Origin: an uncultured Spirochaetota bacterium
GTDB taxonomy: Bacteria > Spirochaetota > Spirochaetia > SZUA-6 > Fen-1364
Reading direction: 5' to 3'
NCBI GenBank assembly: GCA_963845535.1
Contig: CAWJSK010000021.1
Location: 64,001 to 128,000 of the forward strand
Length of the DNA stretch: 64,000 nt
Shown here in pieces: positions 30,958-41,688 of this stretch; positions within the stretch are counted from its first letter, which is position 1; each line of letters opens with the position of its first letter. The notes under the pieces were generated by a model. The model ran no database searches, was not told the DNA's origin, and worked only from the letters and a program-made list of their open reading frames with translations. The position numbers and the translations under genes were made by a program.

Positions 30958-33322
30958 TCAGAGTCTCACGATTATTCTCTCAGATCCTTTTGTCGGTTTG
31001 ACAACGGCGCCCTCAGGCGTTTCCGAAAGCACGCCATTTTCAACGGCGCTGACCTTCTTCACGTTCCTCAGGCAAACGCTCCACGGCTTTCGGGGTCCTT
31101 TGCAACTGATGGTCAGCGTGCCGGCCTCCCGCCGGACCTTCAAGAGTTTCTTCTTCGCGCCCTTCGGTTGAAAAAACCGTTGCGGAGGATTCCAGTCCCT
31201 CGACGGGCTCGAAGACATGGAAGGCCACGCCGTCGGCGTAGTCATAGTCCGGCCTGGTCTGGTCCGCTCCCATGGAAATGATGCTGCCGGGCCTTACCAT
31301 GATCGGAACGCTCATGTACCCGTGAGCCTCGCTTCGCCATGACCCGCCGTCCACCGGTGCGCCGCCCAGGAGGCTGGTCCACCTCCCCGGGGGGAGGTAA
31401 AAGGATACCTTTCCGTCCTCTCGGAATATGGGCGCCACAAGGAGGGACGACCCGAGCATGTACTGCCTGTCCAGCGCGGCGCAGGCAGGGTCCTGAGGGA
31501 ACTCCAGGATCATGGCCCGCATCATGGGGATCCCATCCCGGGAGGCTTCGAAGGCCGCGGCAAACAGGTAGGGCATGAGCCTGCACTTCAGCTCCACGAA
31601 GAACCGAAGCACCTCGGTGGACTCTTCTCCGAAAAGCCAGGGGACGCGGTAGGACTCGTTCCCGTGAAGACGGCTGTGCGATGAGAGGAGCCCGAAAGCC
31701 GTCCAGCGCTTGTAAAGGTCAGGAGTTGCCGTCTTCTCGAAACCGCTGATGTCATGGCTCCAGAACCCGAACCCCGAAAGGCCCAGCGAAAGTCCGCCTC
31801 GGAGGCTTTCCGCCATGGACTCGTACGTTGCCGAGCAATCCCCTCCCCAATGGACGGGAAACTTCTGCCCGCCCACCGTTGCCGAGCGCGCAAAAACAAC
31901 CGCCTTGCCTTCCCCCTTGGAGTCCTTCAGGACCTCGAACACGGCCCTGTTGTACAGGTAGGTGTAGTAGTTGTGCATGCGAAGCGGGTCGGATCCGTCG
32001 TGATACACGACGTCGGTGGGAATGCGCTCTCCGAAATCCGTCTTGAAGCAGTCCACGCCCGCGTCCAGGAGCCCCTGAAGCCTTCCCTGATACCAGCGGA
32101 CGGCCTCTGGATTGGTGAAGTCCACCAGCCCCATGCCCGCCTGCCAACGGTCCCACTGCCACACGCTGCCGTCAGGCTTCTTGACGAGGAACCCCTTCTG
32201 CATTCCTTCATCGAAAAGTCTGGATTTCTGGGCGATGTAGGGGTTGATCCACACGCTGATCCGCAAGCCCTTGTCTTTCAGCCTGCGAAGGATTGCCCGC
32301 GGATCGGGGAACTGCGCCGCGTCCCACTCGAAGTCGCACCACTGGAACTCCTTCATCCAGAAGCAGTCGAAATGGAAAACGGAAAGCGGCACGCGGCGTT
32401 CCGCCATCCCGTCAATGAAAGAGGTGACCGTCTTCTCGTCATAGTCCGTGGTGAAGGACGTGGTCAGCCAAAGGCCGAAAGACCAGGCGGGGGGGAGGGC
32501 CGGCCTCCCGGTGAGCTGCGTGTATTTTCGAAGCACGTCCTTGGGCGAAGCTCCTGCTATCACGTAATAGTCCAGCTCCTCCCCCGGCACGGAGAACTGC
32601 GCTCGGGAGACGACCTCGGAGGCGATCTCGAAGGACACCTTCTCCGGGTGCGCCACCAGCACGCCGTAGCTCGCGCTTCCCCCGCCGGAGGCAGCGCCAC
32701 GTGCGCCGCCCCCTCCGTTGCTCAGATAGAACGGGATGTTCTTGTAAGCCAGCTCGCTCGAGGTCCCGCCGTCTTCGTTCCAGATCTCCACGCTCTGGCC
32801 GTTCTTCACGAACGGGGTGAACCGCTCGCCAAGGCCGTAGATGCACTCACCAACGCCAAGGGAGAGCTGCTCCCGCATGTAGGGGGACCCGTCGGAGTCC
32901 GTGATGTAGCCGGCGCACCCCTTGGCGCTTCCGGTAATGCGTGCGCCATCGAAAAAGAAATCGATCCCCCACTCAGCCGAGGTCTTCACCTGCACGGAAA
33001 GCTTCCCGCTGGACAGGGAGACGGTCTCAGGGAGCTGCTCAATGCGGGGAACAAAGCCGTCATCCCGGAGCACCTCGAAGTCAGGGCCGCGCCGGCGCGC
33101 CCCCTTCCAGTGGCAGGCGTGGACTCGAATCACGTCTTCCCGTGGAGAGCTGAAGGTGAAGGAGAGCTGGGGAGTGTTCAGGGTGTCGCCCCGGTGACGG
33201 ATGGGTTTGCAGGGAGCGAAGACCGTCAGTGATGAAGTATCCAGCCGTACGTCCCGCGCTTGGGCGGGGGTGAGCAGACGCACGCCTTCCCGCAATCCCC
33301 AGTATCCGCTTGAAAACTTCAT
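30958..33322 (-). CDS. yicI: GH31 alpha-xylosidase, read across a +1 frameshift at ~31140
   Basis: MKFSSGYW, HRGDTLN, FHFDCFWM, CFKTDFGERIP (nucleophile Asp), HWGGD, WSHDI; C-terminal tail in the 30958..31245 frame. Confidence 0.93.
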
Positions 33323-33323
33323 T

Positions 33324-33351
33324 GGTGTTCCTTCAACGGTGTTCCTTCAAC
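33324..33351. repeat. Exact 14-bp tandem duplication GGTGTTCCTTCAAC x2
   Basis: Copies at 33324-33337 and 33338-33351, covering the permease stop codon and the yicI SD. Confidence 0.9.
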
Positions 33352-34174
33352 CTTTGACTGCGCCGGCCACCATGCCCTTGATGATGTGCCTCTGCAATAT
33401 CAGGTAGAGAATGATGGCTGGCGTGATGGTGAGCAGCACGCCGGCCATGGCATTCTGCCATTCGATCTTGTACAGGCCGAAGAAATTGTACGCCGCAAGC
33501 TGCAGCGTCTGCGACGTCTTGGATCCGCCCAGGATGAGAAGGGGCAAAAGAAAGTCGTTCCACATCCACATGACGTTGATCACAATGACGGACACCGTCA
33601 CGGGCTGCAGCAGGGGGAAGGTCACCTGGAAGAACGCCCGCAGCGGCCCCGCGCCGTCAATTGCCGCGCAGTCATCAAGCTCCGTGGGCACCGTCTTCAC
33701 GAACCCGTGATACATGAAGAGGGAAAGCGGGACGCCCAGGCCCCAGTAGACCACGCCGAGCCCCCAGAGGGAGTTCGTGAGATGGAGCGTCTTGGCAACC
33801 TTCACGAGGGCAATCATGAACGAATGGAACGGGATCATCATGGGCGCGACGCAGAGAAGGAAAACAAACCAGCTGATGCGCGTCTTTGTGCGGGAAAGCT
33901 TGAAGCCGGCAAGGGAAGCCAGGAGCACGACTCCCGCGGTACCCAGGCACGTCACCACGAGCGTGTTGACGAACAGGTTGGGGTAGCGCATGAGCGTGAA
34001 GGCGTTGGCAAAGTTCTCCCAGCGCAGCCGGGAGGGAAAAGCCATGACGTTTTCCATGATCTGGGCGAAGGTTTTCAGGGAATTGATGGCCACGAGGATC
34101 AGCGGATAGATGTACACGAGCGCAACAACGCCCATGAGAAGTGAAACTGCCAGGGCCCCGCGCGGCCGCCTCAT
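33347..34174 (-). CDS. Carbohydrate ABC permease (MalG-like)
   Basis: INSLKT, DCAAIDGA, WNDFLLPL, GMVAGAVKG. Confidence 0.92.
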   Translation of the reverse strand: MRRPRGALAVSLLMGVVALVYIYPLILVAINSLKTFAQIMENVMAFPSRLRWENFANAFTLMRYPNLFVNTLVVTCLGTAGVVLLASLAGFKLSRTKTRISWFVFLLCVAPMMIPFHSFMIALVKVAKTLHLTNSLWGLGVVYWGLGVPLSLFMYHGFVKTVPTELDDCAAIDGAGPLRAFFQVTFPLLQPVTVSVIVINVMWMWNDFLLPLLILGGSKTSQTLQLAAYNFFGLYKIEWQNAMAGVLLTITPAIILYLILQRHIIKGMVAGAVKG

Positions 34175-35065
34175 GCCTGCACCTCCCTGCGCTTGAAAGC
34201 GTTGAGCTGCGTCACGGTGACCACGAGGATCAGCAGGAAGAGCACGACGGACTTGGCTGATCCGTAGCCGAAGCGATCATCGCTGAATGCGGTCTTGTAG
34301 ATGTCCAGGGCAATGCTCGTCGAGGCCGTCCCCGGACCGCCGAAGGTCAGGCTGAAAATGACGTCGAAGGTCTTCAGGGCGTTGGAAACAGAGTAGAAGA
34401 CCGCCACCGTCACCGACGGGATGATCAAGGGAAGCGTGACTCGGAAAAACCGGCTCACCGGGCTGGTGCCGTCAATAACGGCCGCCTCCAGCAGCTCCCG
34501 GGGAACCGTCTGCAAGCCCGCGATGTAGATCACCAGGTAGAAGCCGATGGACTGCCACACAGACACCAGGACCACGCTGAAAGAACACGAGGTGCGGGTC
34601 CCCCAGCCAGCTGAGCTGGAAGATGCCCATGTGGGTGAGGGAGCCCAGAGAGTCGAACCCGCGGGAGAAAATGAACCGCCACACGTATCCAATGACGATG
34701 AGGCTGATGATGTTGGGGATGTAGAACGCCGCCCGCAGGACGTTTTTCCCGCGGATATTCGTGTCCAGGATCACCGCCAGGAAAAGGGCAATGGCGTTGA
34801 TTGCCACGACGGTCACCACCGTGAAAACGATGGTGAAAGCCAGGGAGCTGCCGAACGCAGGGTCGGCTGTCAGGAGCTCCTTGTAGTTGGCAAGCCCAAT
34901 GAACTTCGCCACTTTGTCCAGGCCGTTCCACTTCGTGAAGGAGTACGTGATGCTCATCAGGAAGGGGATTTCGACGAAGAGAAGGATGGCAATCACGGCG
35001 GGTGCCGTCATCCAAAGGAACTCGATGCCGCGCCTCACACGCGCCCTGCTGCGCCCAGCTGTCAT
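34171..35065 (-). CDS. Carbohydrate ABC permease (MalF-like), read across a +1 frameshift at ~34580
   Basis: FTKWNG, FIGLANY in the first frame; VWQSIG, EAAVIDG in the second. Confidence 0.9.
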
Positions 35066-35086
35066 GAACCGCTCCTCTTACAAGAC

Positions 35087-35111
35087 GGCCGGGGAGCCGC
35101 GCTCCCCGGCC
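35087..35111 (-). terminator. Stem-loop between SBP and permease genes
   Basis: GGCCGGGGAGC-CGC-GCTCCCCGGCC, perfect 11-bp stem. Confidence 0.65.
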
Positions 35112-35131
35112 AACCGGATCTCACACGTCCA

Positions 35132-36361
35132 TTACTTGGAGGCGTTCACGATCTGCGTGTACTTCGCGTCAAGCGTGTCCAAGGTCTGCTGCCGATTGGT
35201 CTGCCCGGCGCAGTAGCCCTGGAGGATGATGCCGAGTCCCTGCTCCGTTCCGTTGGGGAACATCTGGTAGAACCAAGGGTAGCTGGGGACCTTGGCCGCA
35301 AGCAAGGCCGACGTGGCCTGGGCAAGCTCCGCCGCCGGAGCCTTGGCGCCGATGATGGGGGACATCTGCTTGATCTTGCTCGGTATCCAGGCCTTTCCGT
35401 ATTCAGACGTGGTCAGCCACTTCAGCCAGGAGAGGGCAAGCTCAACCTGCCCATCCTTGGCAACCCTGATGGTCTGGTTGGAATCATACATGATCCCGGC
35501 GTCGTTCGCCGTCCCAGCCGTGGGCCCCCGGAGGAAACCGATGTCGATGTCCGGCGTGGTCTTTCGGATGGTGTCCTCAGCCCAGTTGCCCTGGTGGATG
35601 ATGGCCGCTTTGCCGGTGGCAAGGGCGGAGCACTGGTCATTGAAATCCGACTCAAGGGGCTTGGGGCCGCCGTATTTCTTGATCAAGTCCAGCACGTCGA
35701 ACACGGTGCTCATCCCCTTGATCTCCTTGAACGTGAGCGCCCCGCTGTTCAGCTTGTCCACCATGCCGGCAAATCCGCCGTAGGCCTTGGCAGCGGGAGC
35801 AAGGACCTGCCACGCCGTCTGCGGAAGGACCCACCATTCCTTGTAGCCGGTGGCAAAGGGTTGGATGCCGCGGGCTTGCAGCTTGCGCGCCACCGCCTCA
35901 TATTCCCCCAGCGTGCGGGGAAGCATCTTGATGCCGGCCTCCGCAAAGATCTTTTTGTTGTAGATGAAGGAGTGGGACTGCACCAGGAAGGGATAGCCGG
36001 TGATCCGACCGTTTACGGTGACCCCCGCCAGGGCAGAGGGCTCGATCAGCTTGATGAAATCCGCGTCGGTCAGGTCATACACGTAATCCTTGTAGGTCGC
36101 ATTGTCCGCGTAGGCGCTGCTCATGAAGACATCAGGAATATCTCCGGAGTTGAGCTTCGACTTCAAAAGCGTCACGTAGTCAGCCTGGTTCACGGTGATG
36201 TCCAGGGTGTTCCCCGTCTCCGCCTGGTAGGCCTTGGCCATGTCGTTGTACTGGTCGGTGAGCTCAGGGCTGTAGAAGAACACTTTGAGTGTCTTGCCCT
36301 GGCCAACGACAAGCGCGGCGCACACGACGATGAACGCCGCAGCCAGAAGATATCTCTTCAT
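35132..36361 (-). CDS. Carbohydrate ABC substrate-binding protein
   Basis: Signal peptide; SGDIPDVF, YNKKIF.EAGI, GKAAIIHQGNW. Confidence 0.9.
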   Translation of the reverse strand: MKRYLLAAAFIVVCAALVVGQGKTLKVFFYSPELTDQYNDMAKAYQAETGNTLDITVNQADYVTLLKSKLNSGDIPDVFMSSAYADNATYKDYVYDLTDADFIKLIEPSALAGVTVNGRITGYPFLVQSHSFIYNKKIFAEAGIKMLPRTLGEYEAVARKLQARGIQPFATGYKEWWVLPQTAWQVLAPAAKAYGGFAGMVDKLNSGALTFKEIKGMSTVFDVLDLIKKYGGPKPLESDFNDQCSALATGKAAIIHQGNWAEDTIRKTTPDIDIGFLRGPTAGTANDAGIMYDSNQTIRVAKDGQVELALSWLKWLTTSEYGKAWIPSKIKQMSPIIGAKAPAAELAQATSALLAAKVPSYPWFYQMFPNGTEQGLGIILQGYCAGQTNRQQTLDTLDAKYTQIVNASK

Positions 36362-36405
36362 TCCCTTCCTCCTTTTCGAGGTCTATTCACGGGCGGTCTG
36401 CCCGG

Positions 36406-36427
36406 ATATGATGTACGTTTATCATAT
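36406..36427. promoter_or_regulatory. Candidate LacI-family operator
   Basis: ATATGAT-GTACGTTT-ATCATAT inverted repeat with central CG between divergent SBP and lacI genes; TTGACA on the minus strand at 36439-36444. Confidence 0.72.
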
Positions 36428-36477
36428 GACACTGGCGCTGTCAACAAGAAAGCTCATGGAATGACGAGAGAGCTGGT

Positions 36478-37584
36478 ATGGGAATCACGCAGAAAGACAT
36501 AGCAAAGGCGCTGCACCTCCCGCTGATCACGGTCCACCGGGCCCTCAACAGCTCCGGATACGTGTCAAAGGAGCTGAAGGGACGGATCCTCGAGTATGCC
36601 CGCGAGGTCCGCTATGTGCCCCACAAGGCCTCCCAGGTGCTCAAGCGAAACAAGGTCCGAAAAATCGCGGTTTTCACTTCCACCCTTCCCCGCTATTTCT
36701 GGAACGACATCCGCACAGGCATCTCCACCGCAGCGGAGCAGATCCAGGCCCTGAACTACAGAGTGAACTATCACATGGTGGCGGAGCGGGATTCGAAGCA
36801 GTACCTCCAGCTCCTGGAGGAAGAAATCCGTGATGGCGTGGAGGCGGTTGCGTTCGTCAACCAGTGGATCTACAGAATGGATGAGATCATTTCCCGTATT
36901 ACGCGCGCAAAAATCCCTTATGTGACGCTGAACGTGGACGCCCCGGAAAGCCAGAGGATCTGCTATGTCGGTCCTGATTATCGAGCCGGCGGCGGGCTGG
37001 CGGGGGAGTACATCGGAAAAGCCCTCCAGTTCAAGCGCAGCCCGCGCGTGCTTGTGCTTACCACCCTGCCTGACAGCCGCGTCATCCTGCGCGCGCCGGA
37101 CATCAACAAGCTGAGGTTCGAGGGCTTCCGGGAAGTCATCGAAAAGCGCTTTCCCGAGGTTTCCCATGAAGCGGCCTTCATCACCAAGGGGATCAACTCC
37201 CGCGAGGCGGAGCAGGAGATATCGGGCTTGCTTGCGGAAAAGAACGAGGAGTTCGACGCGGTCTACCTGATTGCCGCGTACAACGCGCCGTTCATCAGGG
37301 CGCTGGAGCAGACGGCTGGCGCCCGACGCGTGGTCGTTCTTCACGACCTCGACTCCTCATCGAATCACCTGCTGGAGAAGGATCTCCTGACCGCGGTCAT
37401 CTACCAGAACCCCATCCTCCAGGGCTACTACACGGTGAGGATACTGGAAAACCTCCTCGAGTCAGGGCACCCGCCCGATGTACGGGAGATAACAATCGTT
37501 CACAGCCTGGTTCTCAACGAGAACAAGGACCTTTCAAGGAATCATCTGTTCTTTGCGCGGGTCCAAGAGGGCTTGAAACAGTAG
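36478..37584 (+). CDS. LacI-family transcriptional regulator
   Basis: TQKDIAKAL...TVHRALN HTH plus periplasmic-binding-protein-like effector domain. Confidence 0.9.
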   Translation: MGITQKDIAKALHLPLITVHRALNSSGYVSKELKGRILEYAREVRYVPHKASQVLKRNKVRKIAVFTSTLPRYFWNDIRTGISTAAEQIQALNYRVNYHMVAERDSKQYLQLLEEEIRDGVEAVAFVNQWIYRMDEIISRITRAKIPYVTLNVDAPESQRICYVGPDYRAGGGLAGEYIGKALQFKRSPRVLVLTTLPDSRVILRAPDINKLRFEGFREVIEKRFPEVSHEAAFITKGINSREAEQEISGLLAEKNEEFDAVYLIAAYNAPFIRALEQTAGARRVVVLHDLDSSSNHLLEKDLLTAVIYQNPILQGYYTVRILENLLESGHPPDVREITIVHSLVLNENKDLSRNHLFFARVQEGLKQ

Positions 37585-37685
37585 GAGCAGCCCGGCGCGC
37601 CGTGGGCCTGGCGTCAACGCAGTCCCGCCGCGCGGATGGCCCCTAATTTCTTGACAATACCTGACAAAAATAGTCATATAAAGAA

Positions 37686-39516
37686 ATGAGATTTAGATCC
37701 GGCAGGTCGCCTCTCGCCCCGGTTTTTTTGGCGGCATTTCTTGCCTTCGGAGGCACGGGGTGGGCGCAGGCCGCTTCCTCCACCCAGACGAATGCCCTGA
37801 CGAAGGTCGACGCGCTGCTCCTCCCCCTCGAGCAATCGTACGTCCAGGCATCCCTTGGCGAGTGGAAGCGGTCCCTTGACCTGCTGGAACAGTTCTCCAT
37901 GCGTTGGCACATGCAGAACCCGCCCTCCTCCTCCGCCTCGTCGCGCTCGGTGGAAGCTGCCCTCAACGCTTCTGCTCGCGCGCTCCTCTCGGCGCAGGCA
38001 GCGCCGGCCGGCGTGACGCAGGCTCTCTCTGATCTTGGCAAGACTCTCTCTGACAACCTTTCGGCCGGATGGGGCGGGGAGCAGGCGAGCCCGCAGTTCT
38101 TCACGGCCCTGTCCACTATCGCGGCGGGAAGCCTCGACTCCACGCAGGACACGCGGCCGGCCCGGGCGGCAACGCAGGTCCAGCTTTTCGATGCGCTCTG
38201 GGGCGTGGCGGAGAACGCCGTGCATGAGAAAGACCTTGCCTCTTATGCGCGGATCGAAGCCGGGATCGACAACTCTCTTTCGGCGCTGAAGGCCCAGCCC
38301 GCGGACATACCCGCGGCAAGGGCCGCTCTGACGGATCTCCTTTCCGTGGTGCAAACGCGGGCAAACGGGACGGCCGTGGCGGCTTCCACGCCCGCGCCGG
38401 GCGCCATGCCGGGCGTGCCCGATCTTCTGCGGTTGCTTTCCGAAACGAACACGGCTCTCGGCTCAGGGAATCCGCGGGGAGCCCTCACCACAATGCAGCA
38501 GTTCATCGCTGCCTGGCCGCTTGCCGAGGGTGAGGTGAAGGCCAGGTCGCAGGCGGCGTATTCGCAGGTCGAGAACGAAATGACCGAGGCAGGCGGGCTT
38601 CTCCTCTCTGGACCGGCCGGACGCGCGCGGGCCGCCCAGGTCCTTGCGGAAATGACGAGCCAGCTTTCCGGGCTTGGTCAGATGACCAGCTACACCGCAT
38701 GGGATGCCGGGATGATCCTGCTGCGCGAGGGGATGGAAGCCTTGCTCGTTCTTGCGGCGCTGCTTGCCATGTTGAGGAAGGCGGGCGGCAAACAGAGAGA
38801 GGTCTGGGTGTGGACGGGAGCAGGCTCGGGCCTGGTGTTGAGCGGCATCCTGGCCGTCATCCTCGGATTCGTGATCTCCGCCGCGGCCGCGGGAAGCGCG
38901 CGCGAGCAGCTGGAGGGCTTCGTCGGCCTGGCGTCGGTGGCCTTGATGGTGACAGTGGGCGCCTGGCTGCATCGCCGGGGCAGCCTCCAATCATGGAACG
39001 CATTCATCAAGAACAAGGTGGGCGGCGCCCTGGCCACGGGGAGCATGTGGTCGATCTTCGCCCTTGCCCTCCTGGCCGTCCTCAGGGAAGGCGCTGAATC
39101 AGTTGTCTTCTATATCGGGATCGCGCCAGCGATCTCCCTTGCCAGGCTCCTCCTCGGAATTGGCGGGGCGCTTTTCATCCTGATCGTCATCGGGTACCTC
39201 ATCATCCGCTTCAGTGTGCGCCTGCCCCTGCACTGGTTCTTTCTTGTCGCCACGCTCCTGATCTATTACCTCGCGTTCAAGATTCGCCGGAGAAAGCATC
39301 CATTCGCTGCAAATCGTCGGCGTTCTTCCCAGCCATTCCCTGGCCAGGCTGCCCTCACCGGGGTTCCTCGGCATGTACCCGACCTGGGAGACGTTCGGCC
39401 CGCAGATGGCCGTGCTCCTGTACGTGCTGGCGGAGCTGCTGTTCACGGAGGTGCGCCGCATCGTCATCAGACGCGCGGCGGCACGGGAAAGGGCGGCAGG
39501 CGCCCCAACGGTGTAG
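37686..39516 (+). CDS. FTR1/EfeU-family iron permease with long N-terminal exported domain, read across a +1 frameshift at ~39285
   Basis: Signal peptide; two RExxE motifs (LREGME, LREGAE); corrected tail IAGESIHSLQ..LGMYPTWET, stop at 39516. Confidence 0.9.
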
Positions 39517-39543
39517 AACCCGCGCCACGCAGGCTCATTTTCC

Positions 39544-39573
39544 TTGACACCGCCGCCAGCGGGAGACTATAAC
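39544..39573 (+). promoter_or_regulatory. sigma70 promoter of the liv operon
   Basis: TTGACA-N18-TATAAC, then AAGGAGG SD. Confidence 0.7.
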
Positions 39574-39615
39574 TTCCGTATATTTTTTCATTCCGTGCAT
39601 AAGGAGGAAACCGCC

Positions 39616-40767
39616 GTGAAACGCATCCTTGCGCTTGCAAGCGCGCTTGTCATCGTCTGTGCCGTGGCCGGGTCCGCCGCAGACAACAAGCCGCCGGTCC
39701 TGATCGGTCTGCAAGGGCCCATCACCGGGGCATGGGCATACGAGGGCCAGATGGCCAAGCAGGCCACGCAGATTGCCGCTGAGCTGATCAACCAGAAGGG
39801 CGGCATCCTGGGCGGCAGGATGATTCAGATCATTGCGGAGGATGACGCCGGGGAGCCGCAGACGGGCGCCCTTGCCGCCACGAAGCTGGCCGGACAGAAA
39901 GGATTGTCCGCTTCCATTTCCTCCTACGGCTCTTCGATCACCGAGCCCGCCTCCAACATCTACGAGAAGCACCACATCGTGAACATCGCCTACGGCGCCA
40001 CTGCGGTGCGACTGAGCGAGCGCGGCCTGAAGTACTTCTTCCGCACCTGCGGCCGTGACGACTCCCAGGGGAAGTTCTTCGCCGACTACGTCCCCCAGAA
40101 GTTCGGCGCGCGCAGGATCGCCATCATGCATGACAACACCGCTTTCGGCAAAGGCCTCGCGGAAAACACCCGTGACGCGCTGAAGCCGCAGGTGGATGCC
40201 GGCAAGATCCAGATCGTCTATTACGACGCCATCACCCCGGGTGAGAAGGATTTCCACGTTCCCCTCACCAAGATGCGTGAGACCAAGCCGGACGTCTGGT
40301 ACTACACCGGCTATTACGCCGAGGCGGCGCTCCTTGTCACCCAGGCCCGTGAGATCGGGATCACGTGCCCGTTCGTGGGCGGCAACGCGGCCATCAACGA
40401 CGAGTTCGTGAAGATCGCCGGCCTTCCCATCGCAAAAGGCTGCTACATGACCAACGAGCCCCTGCCGGCGGATCTCCCGACCAAGGAAGCGGCGGATTTC
40501 CTCAAGGCCTACAAGGACAAGTTCGGGGACATCCCCTCCAGCCCCTGGCCCGTCTACGCCGCTGACGCGGTGAACATCATCGCGTATGCAGTGGACAAGA
40601 CCGGCTCCACGGACGGCGCGGTGCTGGCGGACTTCCTCCGCACAAAGGTGAACGGCGTTCCGGGAATCACCGGCAAGATCGGGTTCACGGAGAAAGGAGA
40701 CCGGGAGGGCGTTCCCATGTTCCTCTACGTGGTGGATGGCCAGGGGAAGATCGTCATCTCCAAGTAG
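39616..40767 (+). CDS. livK: Branched-chain amino acid ABC substrate-binding protein
   Basis: GTG after AAGGAGG; signal peptide; GPITG, INQKGGILG, FFRTCGRD. Confidence 0.9.
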   Translation: MKRILALASALVIVCAVAGSAADNKPPVLIGLQGPITGAWAYEGQMAKQATQIAAELINQKGGILGGRMIQIIAEDDAGEPQTGALAATKLAGQKGLSASISSYGSSITEPASNIYEKHHIVNIAYGATAVRLSERGLKYFFRTCGRDDSQGKFFADYVPQKFGARRIAIMHDNTAFGKGLAENTRDALKPQVDAGKIQIVYYDAITPGEKDFHVPLTKMRETKPDVWYYTGYYAEAALLVTQAREIGITCPFVGGNAAINDEFVKIAGLPIAKGCYMTNEPLPADLPTKEAADFLKAYKDKFGDIPSSPWPVYAADAVNIIAYAVDKTGSTDGAVLADFLRTKVNGVPGITGKIGFTEKGDREGVPMFLYVVDGQGKIVISK

Positions 40768-40776
40768 TCCTTCGTC

Positions 40777-41688
40777 ATGCGGGTGTTTCTTGAGCAGTTG
40801 ATCAACGGGCTGACGATCGGGTCGTTCTACGGCCTGATCGCGCTGGGCTACTCCATGGTGTACGGGGTGCTCAAGCTGATCAACTTTGCTCATGGCGACT
40901 TTTTCACTTTGGGCTCGTACCTGGGCTACACGATGCTCGTGTTCGGCGCGGGCTTCGTGACGACCCACCTGGGCTTGTGGGGCGGCCTTGCGGTCACGGT
41001 GATCGTGGCCGCCCTCTGTCTTGCGGTGGTCGGCGTGGTGGTGGAGCGCGTGGCGTATCGGCCCATCTACCCTGCGGGCCGGCTGCCCGCTGTCGTGTCC
41101 GCTCTCGGGGCTTCGATCATCCTCCAGAACCTCATCATGATAATCTGGGGACCGCGCTACCAGGCGTATCCCGCCGCGCTGATACCGAACTTCCGCATCC
41201 ACGTCGGGGACCTGAACCTGACCGGGCTGCAGCTTCTGATCCTCTGCGTTTCTTTTGCTTTGATGGCCGCGCTGTATTTCGTGATCCAGAAGACCACGTG
41301 GGGAGCGGCCGTTCGCGCAACGGCCCTGGACCGTGACACGGCAGCGCTCATGGGGATCAACTTCAAGAAGGTGATCCGCTTCATCTTCACTCTGGGCCCC
41401 GCCCTCGGCGCCCTCACCGGCGTCATGGTGGGCATGTACTACCGCCAGATCAGCTTCACGATGGGCTGGAACTACGGCTTGAAGGCTTTCACGGCAACCA
41501 TCCTGGGAGGGATCGGGAACCTCCCGGGGGCCATGTTCGGCGGCCTCATCCTCGGCGTGCTGGAGATGCTGGGGAGCGCATACGTTTCCACCGCGTGGAA
41601 GGACGTCTTCGTCTTCCTCATCCTGATTCTCGTACTGATATTCCGGCCCAACGGACTCTTCGGCGAGAAGACCGCAGAGAAGGTATGA
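40777..41688 (+). CDS. livH: Branched-chain amino acid ABC permease
   Basis: QLINGL..GSFYGLIALGYSMVYG..INFAHG; ILGGIGN. Confidence 0.94.
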   Translation: MRVFLEQLINGLTIGSFYGLIALGYSMVYGVLKLINFAHGDFFTLGSYLGYTMLVFGAGFVTTHLGLWGGLAVTVIVAALCLAVVGVVVERVAYRPIYPAGRLPAVVSALGASIILQNLIMIIWGPRYQAYPAALIPNFRIHVGDLNLTGLQLLILCVSFALMAALYFVIQKTTWGAAVRATALDRDTAALMGINFKKVIRFIFTLGPALGALTGVMVGMYYRQISFTMGWNYGLKAFTATILGGIGNLPGAMFGGLILGVLEMLGSAYVSTAWKDVFVFLILILVLIFRPNGLFGEKTAEKV

